A stretch of 64,000 nucleotides of DNA. It comes from a virus. Under the pieces are notes generated by a model that had not been told where the DNA came from, did no database searches, and was given only the letters and a program-made list of their open reading frames with translations. Shown here piece by piece: positions 56,254 to 64,000 of this stretch. The position numbers and the translations under genes are program-made. The stretch is taken from the IMG/VR virus record IMGVR_UViG_3300047094_002472, one strand, 5' to 3'. How positions within the stretch are numbered: position 1 is the first letter of the stretch; every line of letters begins with the position of its first letter.

Positions 56254-59200
56254 GATTCTGGTCCTAATGTAATTATTTTTGTAGGCCTGTGGTTTGGTCT
56301 AGAGCAATTAAGTTTTATTTTTGATGAGTCTTCTATATTGGATACAGAAAACTGTGCTCCTCTAGCAAAGGTTGGACAACCCTCGCCTTCTGGGTTTATA
56401 GCTTCATACCCCATATCTACTAAATTCTGAATTGTTATTGATGATATTATATAATTTATTGCGGTGTCAAAATAACCAACCATAATATCGTTAGATAATC
56501 CTGGATAAGAATCGCGGTCTCCAAATGGTGCTGTTGAGGCTGGCCTAAATAGGTCTTCCCAGTGTCCTGATGGGGTTCCAGCTCCTCCTGTATTTTCTAA
56601 AGGTATTTTTGTTCTTGGCCAAGGCTCCATGTTTAGATTAACGTTGGGAAATGCACATTGACAATATTTTCTGACTGCTTTTTCATAGAGATTGTATGTG
56701 TTTGGCTGGGTTTCTCTAAGTAAGAATTGATTATCTATTAACCCATTTTCACTAACCTCTATATTTGTCCATAATGTACCTATGCCTATGGCATGTCCTA
56801 GTTCATGAACAAGAATTACTATTTTTTGAGCATTATTATAATTATTCCAGAATGCCGTATTTATCCATATATCAAACTCCACAGAGGTTCTTTTTATTGG
56901 ATTATTTCCGATAGGACCTGTTTCGCTAACAACAGCACAAGAAGCTATCCAGTTGTCTGTGGGATTATTGACCGCTTGAAAGTCTACTAATTCTATACCA
57001 TTCCAGTCTGGTCTAAAATTTCTAATATAGTTTGTATTTGCACCAGAAACACGCAAGTTCTGCATCCATCTGTTTGCGGCTTGAGTTAGTTGGTTTCTGA
57101 TAGTTGTATTAGCAATGAGACTAAAAGAGCCGGTATTGAATGCCGGGGCAGGTGGGGGTGCGGGGGTTGTTGTTGTTGGACGGGATAAGAATAGTTGTCC
57201 AGGCATTGCTACCGCTGAATATGGGCTATATCCATTTCCGATGCGGTTAACGCTGATTCTAAAACTGAAACTACCAAATCCTATATATTCTGTTAGTCCT
57301 ACTAAAAAGATGGTTCCTTGAGATCCTGGAGTGACACAAAGAGTGTACCCGCCAGAACAATTCGATGTTGTACTGAAATCAGTCTCTCTATAAAGGATAA
57401 TTCCACCTAAATTATTCAGGCTTGTCCATGCAAGAGCAACAGCTCCGGGTTTTGGTTGTTCTCCGACAGCTGGAGTATAGTAGTATTGTATGTCAACGTC
57501 TGGAGGTCCGCTGTACGCATATGACTGATTTACAGGATAATTAAATGTCAATTTGGCTTGTGTTGGATAGGCTGCTCCGCTGGGGATAAGATTTGATGTT
57601 GACCAAACTAGATTTTGAGGAGTGGGACTTGGGGTGGTTGTTGGGGGAATTGTAGTTGGTGCTATCGTTGTTGTAGTTGTTGGACGAACAGTGGTGGTCG
57701 GGGCTACTGTGGTTGTTGGCGTTGCTGTGGTTGTGGTTGTTGGCGTTGCTGTGGTTGTGGTTGTTGGCGTTGCTGTGGTTGCTGGGCCACTAGTTGTGGT
57801 TGGACTGCTTGTGGGCTGGCTTGTTGGTCCGCTTGTGGGCTGGCTTGTTGGTCCGCTTGTGGGCTGGCTTGTTGGTCCGCTTGTGGGCTGGCTTGTTGGT
57901 CCGCTTGTGGGCTGGCTTGTTGTTTCTATTAATTTAACGCAGTACCAAGCTGGTGGATCTATAGTTGTGGTTGGGCCAACCGTGGTGGTAGCTTGGCTGC
58001 AATTAGACTGTGAACAAGAAACACCTCTAATGTAATTGGTTTCTATGGTATCTGGGAACGGAGAATAGCACTGCTGCTCTGTTATATTGTTTATGCAGTC
58101 GATAAATGTTCTTTGTCCTGTACCTAGATTAACGCTGAAATAACAACAGGCGCTTCTCGGGTCTAGTGTTGTGGTGGGACCACCCGTAGTGGTTGGACCG
58201 CTTGTGGTTGGAACGCCCGTTGTGGTTGGACCGCTGGTGGTAGTTGGACCGCTGGTGGTAGTTGGACCGCTTGTGGTTGGAACGCCCGTTGTGGTTGGTC
58301 CGCTGGTGGTAGTTGGACCGCTTGTGGTTGGAACGCCCGTTGTGGTTGGACCGCTGGTGGTAGTTGGACCGCTGGTGGTAGTTGGACCGCTTGTGGTTGG
58401 AACGCCCGTTGTGGTTGGACCGCTGGTGGTAGTTGGACCGCTTGTGGTTGGTCCGCTGGTGGTAGTTGGACCGCTTGTGGTTGGAACGCCCGTTGTGGTT
58501 GGTCCGCTGGTGGTAGTTGGACCGCTTGTGGTTGGAACGCCCGTTGTGGTTGGACCGCTGGTGGTAGTTGGACCGCTTGTAGTTGGTACGCACCAATTAA
58601 TATCTGAGCAAGACTGCTGGGCGTAGAAGGTTTTTCCGTTCTGTGGTCTACATCTAGGAGCGGTCTCATTATTTGTGCAATTATTTTCTCCTTCACAACA
58701 CGCTCCGAAACATGCGCTTGTTGGTAATGCGGACTCGCATTCGGCCTGAGAAACATATTCTCCATTGCTGTTTACATAACTTGGCAGCTCGTAGCAGTGT
58801 GGTAATACCTCTATTGCATCTCCACAGGTTATTGACCATCTTTTTGGTATACTTGTGGTGGTCGGGCCGCCCGTGGTAGTTGGACCAGTCGTTGTGGTTG
58901 GACAATCTGCGCATTCTAGTTTAAAACAACCATTAATACTTACTAAATTATATCCGCAATTATTAATGCATGGTGGAACACTAATTGGCGGACAGGGGGT
59001 ACTTGTGGTAGTTGGGCCACTGGTAGTTGGAACGCTCGTGGTGGTTGGACCGCCAGTTGTGGTTGGGCCACTGGTAGTTGGAACGCTCGTGGTGGTTGGA
59101 CCGCCAGTTGTGGTCGGGCCACTGGTAGTTGGAACGCTCGTGGTGGTTGGACCGCTGGTTGTGGTTGGGCCACTGGTAGTTGGAACGCTCGTGGTGGTTG

Positions 59201-60743
59201 GACCGCCAGTTGTGGTTGGGCCACTGGTAGTTGGAACGCTCGTGGTGGTTGGACCGCCAGTTGTGGTCGGGCCACTGGTAGTTGGAACGCTCGTGGTGGT
59301 TGGACCGCTGGTTGTGGTCGGGCCACTGGTAGTTGGAACGCTCGTGGTGGTTGGACCGCCAGTTGTGGTTGGGCCACTGGTAGTTGGAACGCTCGTGGTG
59401 GTTGGACCGCCAGTTGTGGTTGGGCCACTGGTAGTTGGAACGCTCGTGGTGGTTGGACCGCCAGTTGTGGTTGGGCCACTGGTAGTTGGAACGCCCGTTG
59501 TGGTTGGTCCGCTGGTTGTAGTAGGACCGCCAGTTGTTGTGGGACATTCACAAATTTCATGTTGAGTTGGATCAAAATCGCAAAGACTAATTGCTAGACA
59601 GGCTGATTCAGAACTAAGAGTGTTAACAGATTCTGAAACTATAGATAAGTTATTCTCTGTTAAGATAGAAATTATGTCTCTAACACAAACTATTTGTCCT
59701 TCGCATGGAGAAGGAGTCGTGGTCAGACTTACACAGCCTACTTGTTCACAGGTCTCGCCTGGAGTGAATTGTGTAATTATTGAGGATGGTCTTGGAACCA
59801 ACATGCAGTTTTCGTATGTGGTTATGTTGCATCCTAAAAATGTTCCGTCTGATAGGCGGAAACAACAAGCTCCGGTTTGCGGTTGTTGTGTAGTAGTGGC
59901 ACTACCACACGGAGAGCCGTCTAGATTTAAACATACTAATTCTGGACAACCACTTTCCCCTATAGTTGTTGTACGATAACATGGAGCTTCGCAATCGCCT
60001 GTTATAAACAGGTCTGCGCATTTTGGAATAATTAAAACAGTACCACTAGTTGTAATAGAGTCGTTTGTTGTAATAGTAAAAGTAGAAGAATTTGATATTG
60101 TCGATACATTATAGGTTCCAGATATTGATAATCCAGTAATAGTCTCGAACTGTACTATAGACCCGGCAGAAAGTCCGTGATTTGGGAGAGTGACCTCTAT
60201 CGTATTTCCTTGCTGACTATACATTGCTTCGTTTGCGTTGTATGGTTTATACAAAACGTATGGAAGCTCTTCTGTTTTACTTAAAATAATATAGGAGGTA
60301 TTATCTGTAAAACTAGATAATGAATTAAAAATATTGGAAGGAGAATAGGAGAGATAGCCTGTGCCGTTGGCATTTGTTGTATATGCTGTTATTAGCTTAT
60401 CTTTAAATGCAGACTGAGATAGATTTACTGAATCTCCAAAATATTTTACGGTCCTTAGTGGCTCTCTGACTATATAAAAAATAGGAGCATCATAGTCTGG
60501 AGGGGTAGAAGGTATGTTCAGACTATATGGTAGTTGATTTGAATTACTTTCTATGAGATAAACACGATCTCTACTAAGAAAAGAGAGAGAATTGAAGTTA
60601 CTACTAGAAGAATAGGATACGTAGCCAGACCCCACACTATTAGTGGAATAGATATTCTTGATTCCCTGGCCTTGTAGATCGAAGATATTTGTTTGATCTC
60701 TTAACCACTGTAGAAATATAAGGGGTTTATTTACTAACATCAT
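56250..60743 (-). CDS. Mucin-like Cys/Thr-repeat protein with a C-terminal leishmanolysin-like (M8/metzincin) metalloprotease, 1497 aa
   Basis: Three PTT(T)-repeat blocks and GACC modules; HELGHAIG..IPLENTGG.GT.SGHWE..DIMVG..SSITI..L.DMGY. Confidence 0.75.
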   Translation of the reverse strand: MMLVNKPLIFLQWLRDQTNIFDLQGQGIKNIYSTNSVGSGYVSYSSSSNFNSLSFLSRDRVYLIESNSNQLPYSLNIPSTPPDYDAPIFYIVREPLRTVKYFGDSVNLSQSAFKDKLITAYTTNANGTGYLSYSPSNIFNSLSSFTDNTSYIILSKTEELPYVLYKPYNANEAMYSQQGNTIEVTLPNHGLSAGSIVQFETITGLSISGTYNVSTISNSSTFTITTNDSITTSGTVLIIPKCADLFITGDCEAPCYRTTTIGESGCPELVCLNLDGSPCGSATTTQQPQTGACCFRLSDGTFLGCNITTYENCMLVPRPSSIITQFTPGETCEQVGCVSLTTTPSPCEGQIVCVRDIISILTENNLSIVSESVNTLSSESACLAISLCDFDPTQHEICECPTTTGGPTTTSGPTTTGVPTTSGPTTTGGPTTTSVPTTSGPTTTGGPTTTSVPTTSGPTTTGGPTTTSVPTTSGPTTTSGPTTTSVPTTSGPTTTGGPTTTSVPTTSGPTTTGGPTTTSVPTTSGPTTTSGPTTTSVPTTSGPTTTGGPTTTSVPTTSGPTTTGGPTTTSVPTTSGPTTTSTPCPPISVPPCINNCGYNLVSINGCFKLECADCPTTTTGPTTTGGPTTTSIPKRWSITCGDAIEVLPHCYELPSYVNSNGEYVSQAECESALPTSACFGACCEGENNCTNNETAPRCRPQNGKTFYAQQSCSDINWCVPTTSGPTTTSGPTTTGVPTTSGPTTTSGPTTTGVPTTSGPTTTSGPTTSGPTTTSGPTTTGVPTTSGPTTTSGPTTTSGPTTTGVPTTSGPTTTSGPTTTGVPTTSGPTTTSGPTTTSGPTTTGVPTTSGPTTTGGPTTTLDPRSACCYFSVNLGTGQRTFIDCINNITEQQCYSPFPDTIETNYIRGVSCSQSNCSQATTTVGPTTTIDPPAWYCVKLIETTSQPTSGPTSQPTSGPTSQPTSGPTSQPTSGPTSQPTSSPTTTSGPATTATPTTTTTATPTTTTTATPTTTVAPTTTVRPTTTTTIAPTTIPPTTTPSPTPQNLVWSTSNLIPSGAAYPTQAKLTFNYPVNQSYAYSGPPDVDIQYYYTPAVGEQPKPGAVALAWTSLNNLGGIILYRETDFSTTSNCSGGYTLCVTPGSQGTIFLVGLTEYIGFGSFSFRISVNRIGNGYSPYSAVAMPGQLFLSRPTTTTPAPPPAPAFNTGSFSLIANTTIRNQLTQAANRWMQNLRVSGANTNYIRNFRPDWNGIELVDFQAVNNPTDNWIASCAVVSETGPIGNNPIKRTSVEFDIWINTAFWNNYNNAQKIVILVHELGHAIGIGTLWTNIEVSENGLIDNQFLLRETQPNTYNLYEKAVRKYCQCAFPNVNLNMEPWPRTKIPLENTGGAGTPSGHWEDLFRPASTAPFGDRDSYPGLSNDIMVGYFDTAINYIISSITIQNLVDMGYEAINPEGEGCPTFARGAQFSVSNIEDSSKIKLNCSRPNHRPTKIITLGPES
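57700..57920 (-). repeat. Coding repeats: PTSQPTSG (24 bp, about 5 copies) and TATPTTT
   Basis: Directly visible. Confidence 0.9.
58170..58587 (-). repeat. Coding repeat block of PTTTSG/PTTTGV/PTTSG units
   Basis: Directly visible 15-18 bp subunits in varying order. Confidence 0.92.
59002..59543 (-). repeat. Coding tandem repeat, about 10 x 51 bp (PTTTGGPTTTSVPTTSG)
   Basis: Directly visible. Confidence 0.92.
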
Positions 60744-60781
60744 ATCCTTGTTTTTTTTAGGAATGCTCTATAAGCTTTACT

Positions 60782-60787
60782 TACACC
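60782..60787 (-). promoter_or_regulatory. GGTGTA motif upstream of the mucin-like protease gene
   Basis: - strand GGGGGTGTAAGTAAAG, about 39 bp before the start at 60743. Confidence 0.5.
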
Positions 60788-60812
60788 CCCAACTTGAGTA
60801 ATGCTGTTTTTT

Positions 60813-61049
60813 TTACCATTTACCAACTGGGCATTTCTGATCGCCCCAAGCCAGTTTGTTCAGAAACACCTTTTTATTATTCACATTACAGCCACATTGT
60901 AAACATTGGCTATTTTTTCTATCAAAAAACTCACACGAAGAACATATTGTAAATCTGCGACCTATTTCGCCTTGAGAGCTTTTTGGCGAGCCAGAGTAGA
61001 TATGCCAAAATAAAGATTTAAGAAATGTGGCTATTCTGAGAAAGGTCAT
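60813..61049 (-). CDS. Small Cys-rich protein (DUF6171-like)
   Basis: RR..IC..C..C..CGC..K..CP.GKW. Confidence 0.65.
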   Translation of the reverse strand: MTFLRIATFLKSLFWHIYSGSPKSSQGEIGRRFTICSSCEFFDRKNSQCLQCGCNVNNKKVFLNKLAWGDQKCPVGKW

Positions 61050-61278
61050 TTTTAGGAAAATCCTTTAGTGGTAAAATATTCCCATCTATATCTCTATAAT
61101 ATAGATCAAGATACTCCACTATAGTATTCCCATCAAACCACTGCACAAATCCATTAGATATATTAACACACATCTTTTGAACATTCTTATTCTTATGTCT
61201 AAAATCTGCACTTAATGCAAACTTATTATCATTAAGGGCAAAGATATCCCCGTTATTTAACTCCTCTAAATATTTCAT
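61018..61278 (-). CDS. Small hypothetical protein
   Basis: 86-aa ORF with an ATGA overlap. Confidence 0.55.
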   Translation of the reverse strand: MKYLEELNNGDIFALNDNKFALSADFRHKNKNVQKMCVNISNGFVQWFDGNTIVEYLDLYYRDIDGNILPLKDFPKNDLSQNSHIS

Positions 61279-61457
61279 TCTTCATCTGTCTCCCAATCTT
61301 CCCACGCTTCGTCTGCTCTTGTATCTTCCATTTTCTTTTTAAGCTGTTTCTTAGATTTGTTGAGAAACCTTTGTTCTTCGGAAACTTCTTGCTTGGAACG
61401 AAAATTACTTTGTAGATTTTTTCTACGACTATCTTTTCTGTTTTCTGGATCTTTCAT
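61275..61457 (-). CDS. Small charged hypothetical protein
   Basis: Basic N-terminus and acidic WEDWETDEE tail; first gene after a promoter. Confidence 0.55.
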   Translation of the reverse strand: MKDPENRKDSRRKNLQSNFRSKQEVSEEQRFLNKSKKQLKKKMEDTRADEAWEDWETDEE

Positions 61458-61496
61458 TTTTTTTATAGGTGAGAGTGCGAAGCTATTGTGTATCTT

Positions 61497-61575
61497 ATAC
61501 TATGGCCGGTTTTGTTTTTGTCAAGGCTAAAATAAAAATTTCTTCGCTTGACTAATCGAATACCGGGGATAATAT
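61497..61575. promoter_or_regulatory. Back-to-back divergent sigma70-like promoters
   Basis: - strand TTGACA(61524-61519)-16-TAGTAT; + strand TTGACT(61548-61553)-16-TAATAT; located at the strand switch. Confidence 0.55.
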
Positions 61576-61632
61576 TGTGCAGGTCCGGGGTTATTCTACT
61601 ACTCTCTAGACAATATCCATTAGGAAATATCA

Positions 61633-63189
61633 ATGATCCACCCCAAAGTATCGTGTCTTTGCCCAACAAGAGGTAGATTTGACACCTTAAGGGAATCTTT
61701 GGCGTTTTTTCTTTTACAGGACTATTCCAATAAGGAAATGATTGTATTTAATAATCATCCAGAGCCAATGGCAATTCATCCAAAGCTAATAAAGCATAAT
61801 ATTAAAGTTATTAATGCTGGGGACTATAGTGGAAAGTCTATGCAGAAAATATATAGCGACGCTCTACAGTATGTTTCTCATGACTCAGAATACATTGCGA
61901 TATGGGACGATGACGATATGTATTTCCCATGGCATTTATCTGACAACATGAATAAATTAATATCCTCTAAAGAAAAATTAGCTATAAGACCTGCTGCTGG
62001 ATATTGGCAAGACATAAATAATGCTACGGGAATAGAGTATAGCTTCATGCAAAACAATCTTGAAGCTGGAATGATAGCCAGAAAAGACATTGTCTTTTTT
62101 AACTCCGGGATCAATGACACCAAATCAGAGCACTACACGCACCCGCATCTGCTATGGACAGGTACAGCCAACTCAAATAATCATTTTATACTAAACGACA
62201 AAATAACCGCCGTGTATAGATGGGGATATGGAAAATCCTATGCTCACCTACAGTCTGCTGGCCCGCATAGGAATAATTCTGATACAGGTATTAATAAAGC
62301 TTTAACGCCAAAGGGCGTAAGTTCTCTTTTTTTTGATTTTTTACATAAGTGTAGCTATGATTTTTCATCTAATAAAGTGTTAAACTTTGATAGTGACAGA
62401 AAAGCCGAGTTTCTGCTAAAACTATTATCTAATAATATTTATATGTATGATCATGTCGATAAATACAAAGCTTGGCTATATTGGGATAGTAAAAATATCC
62501 CACAGTTTATAAAAGAATGTAACAGAAGCATACAAGAAAACACATTTGCCAAAGTAGAAATTACAGATGATGATTATATCAATAATGTTTTAAAAATTAA
62601 AATACCCGATAAGATCCTATCTTGTGGACCACAGCAAAAGGCCGACTATATCAGAATATACTTATTAAATTATTTTGGTGGCTGGTGGTTTGATGCTGAC
62701 ACATATGTTGTTGGAGACTTAGACAAATATTATTTTAACTTTTTGACACATAATGAGACTGTTTTTCCTTGGGAATATAATATTGTTGGTAATATCACGA
62801 CCCCTATTTTAAGTTCTAAACCCCACGGCTTAATAATTAGGGAAGCATATAATAATATACATGAATTTTTAAAAACAGACCAACAAATAGGGTGGTCTGG
62901 ACTAGGAATCAATGGCATCATAAAGTCTGCCCAAAAATGGAAAGACAGAATAGGATGGAATTTATTTGGTCTAAAAGATATAGCAACCTATGGATATAAT
63001 AATAACTTAATAGACAAATGGGATTTTTCTAATATGGAAGCGTCAAAACTACAAATGATAATATTTCACTGGAGTCAAATAGGTGCCGAACTGAATGGAA
63101 AAATAAAAGAAAATCCCACAACAAAAGATATCATTGACACCTATCCTAATTTAGAAAAATTATTTAATCTGTCAAAACAAAGGTACTAA
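61633..63189 (+). CDS. Bifunctional glycosyltransferase: GT2-like N-terminal domain plus GT32/capsular-synthesis DXD domain
   Basis: VSCLCPT.GR..L..QDY..E..WDDDD; KADYIRIYLL..FGG.WFDAD. Confidence 0.82.
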   Translation: MIHPKVSCLCPTRGRFDTLRESLAFFLLQDYSNKEMIVFNNHPEPMAIHPKLIKHNIKVINAGDYSGKSMQKIYSDALQYVSHDSEYIAIWDDDDMYFPWHLSDNMNKLISSKEKLAIRPAAGYWQDINNATGIEYSFMQNNLEAGMIARKDIVFFNSGINDTKSEHYTHPHLLWTGTANSNNHFILNDKITAVYRWGYGKSYAHLQSAGPHRNNSDTGINKALTPKGVSSLFFDFLHKCSYDFSSNKVLNFDSDRKAEFLLKLLSNNIYMYDHVDKYKAWLYWDSKNIPQFIKECNRSIQENTFAKVEITDDDYINNVLKIKIPDKILSCGPQQKADYIRIYLLNYFGGWWFDADTYVVGDLDKYYFNFLTHNETVFPWEYNIVGNITTPILSSKPHGLIIREAYNNIHEFLKTDQQIGWSGLGINGIIKSAQKWKDRIGWNLFGLKDIATYGYNNNLIDKWDFSNMEASKLQMIIFHWSQIGAELNGKIKENPTTKDIIDTYPNLEKLFNLSKQRY

Positions 63190-63196
63190 AGACATA

Positions 63197-63694
63197 ATGC
63201 CTGGATCATATAGTGATTTCAAAGAAGAGATCAAGAGACATCTCTGTTCAACTCTCGACCCAGATTCAAATATCTTAGATGTTGGCGCCGGACTAGGAAC
63301 GTATGGTCTTCTACTAAGAGACTATTTTAATAAAATAGACGCTATTGAAATTTTTGAACCATATATAAACCACTATAACTTAAAAAATATCTATTCTAAT
63401 GTTTTTTTAGCCGATATAAAAATATTTAATATTTATAAACATGATTATATAATTATGGGTGATGTATTTGAACATCTTTCTCAATATGATTCTATAAAAA
63501 TTCTTGACAAAATTAATGGCTTAAATAAAAAATGTCTTATAGCTGTTCCATATATGTATCCTCAAGGAGAGTGTTATGGCAATATCCACGAAACACACCT
63601 ACAGCCCGATCTGACAGAAGATAAAATGATTAAATTTTATAGCTTAAATAAATTATTTGGAAATAATAGATACGGTTATTTTATTAATTATTAA
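63197..63694 (+). CDS. Class I SAM-dependent methyltransferase
   Basis: ILDVGAGLG, AIEIF, ADI, DYIIMGDVFEHL. Confidence 0.88.
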   Translation: MPGSYSDFKEEIKRHLCSTLDPDSNILDVGAGLGTYGLLLRDYFNKIDAIEIFEPYINHYNLKNIYSNVFLADIKIFNIYKHDYIIMGDVFEHLSQYDSIKILDKINGLNKKCLIAVPYMYPQGECYGNIHETHLQPDLTEDKMIKFYSLNKLFGNNRYGYFINY

Positions 63695-63698
63695 TTTT

Positions 63699-63998
63699 TT
63701 ATAGTACAGGATATAATATTCCATAGCCCTCATATTCTTTTTTACCAGAATACTTTGGATTGTCTAAAGACCTAGACTTTTTCTTAAATACATTTATATA
63801 GTCATCTGCTGTTTTTAGCATCCCGTCCATAGCAGAGTACTTTATTTTGCGACTATATGAAAGCAGCAGACTAGCACATCCCACAGCAAATGGATTACTC
63901 ATGCTTGTGCCACTCATCATAGCATATTTATTACCCGGAACAGAGCTAACTATCTCATGTCCAGGAGCTAAAAAGTCTAGCTCTTCTCCGCTACATGT
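63699..63998 (-). CDS. Subtilisin-like (S8) serine protease, 5'-truncated by the window edge
   Basis: Frame is open to the edge: LDFLAPGHEIVSSVPGNKYAMMSGTSMSNP..GYG. Confidence 0.88.
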   Translation of the reverse strand, partial: TCSGEELDFLAPGHEIVSSVPGNKYAMMSGTSMSNPFAVGCASLLLSYSRKIKYSAMDGMLKTADDYINVFKKKSRSLDNPKYSGKKEYEGYGILYPVL

Positions 63999-64000
63999 AA

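Noticed and set aside
58170-59543. Regular repeats resembling a CRISPR array (also 6121-6684)
   Set aside because: Units are multiples of 3, lack unique spacers, vary mostly synonymously and lie in-frame in long ORFs.
61463-61669. 68-aa - strand ORF
   Set aside because: It overlaps the glycosyltransferase start and the divergent promoter region, with no recognisable protein features.
1-64000. tRNA, tmRNA or rRNA genes
   Set aside because: Intergenic gaps are short and none showed a cloverleaf or T-loop signature by eye; a tRNAscan/Infernal run would be needed to exclude them fully.

Overview
A 64-kb segment of a large, AT-rich tailed dsDNA phage (Caudoviricetes-like), not a cellular chromosome. 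Genes are tightly packed with overlapping start/stop codons, and I recognised no rRNA, tRNA or CRISPR array. Layout: (1) 1-7326, + strand: putative structural genes, including a 1694-aa protein with a Cys-rich and Pro/Thr-repeat insert. (2) 7378-61457, one long - strand block. It holds a bacterial-type replisome (DnaE split into two genes without an intein and with DnaQ between them, DnaB, DnaG, SSB, RecA, Cas4-like nuclease), nucleotide-metabolism genes (class II RNR, dCMP deaminase, dNMP kinase, GMP reductase, nucleoside deoxyribosyltransferase, PhoH), a membrane-protein plus papain-like protease cassette, tail-fibre-like genes, ClpP, a sigma factor, a macro domain and mucin-like Cys/Thr-repeat proteins, one ending in a leishmanolysin-like metalloprotease. 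(3) A divergent + strand glycosyltransferase/methyltransferase cassette, then a partial subtilase at the right edge. GACC-type Cys modules suggest a Planctomycetota-like host (inference only). Most notable: a GGTGTAW motif in ten intergenic gaps (candidate phage-sigma promoter), a family of mucin-like proteins beside glycosyltransferases, a candidate protease-based lysis cassette, the intein-less split DnaE, and several enzymes lacking catalytic residues. All calls come from reading motifs by eye; no database searches were run.
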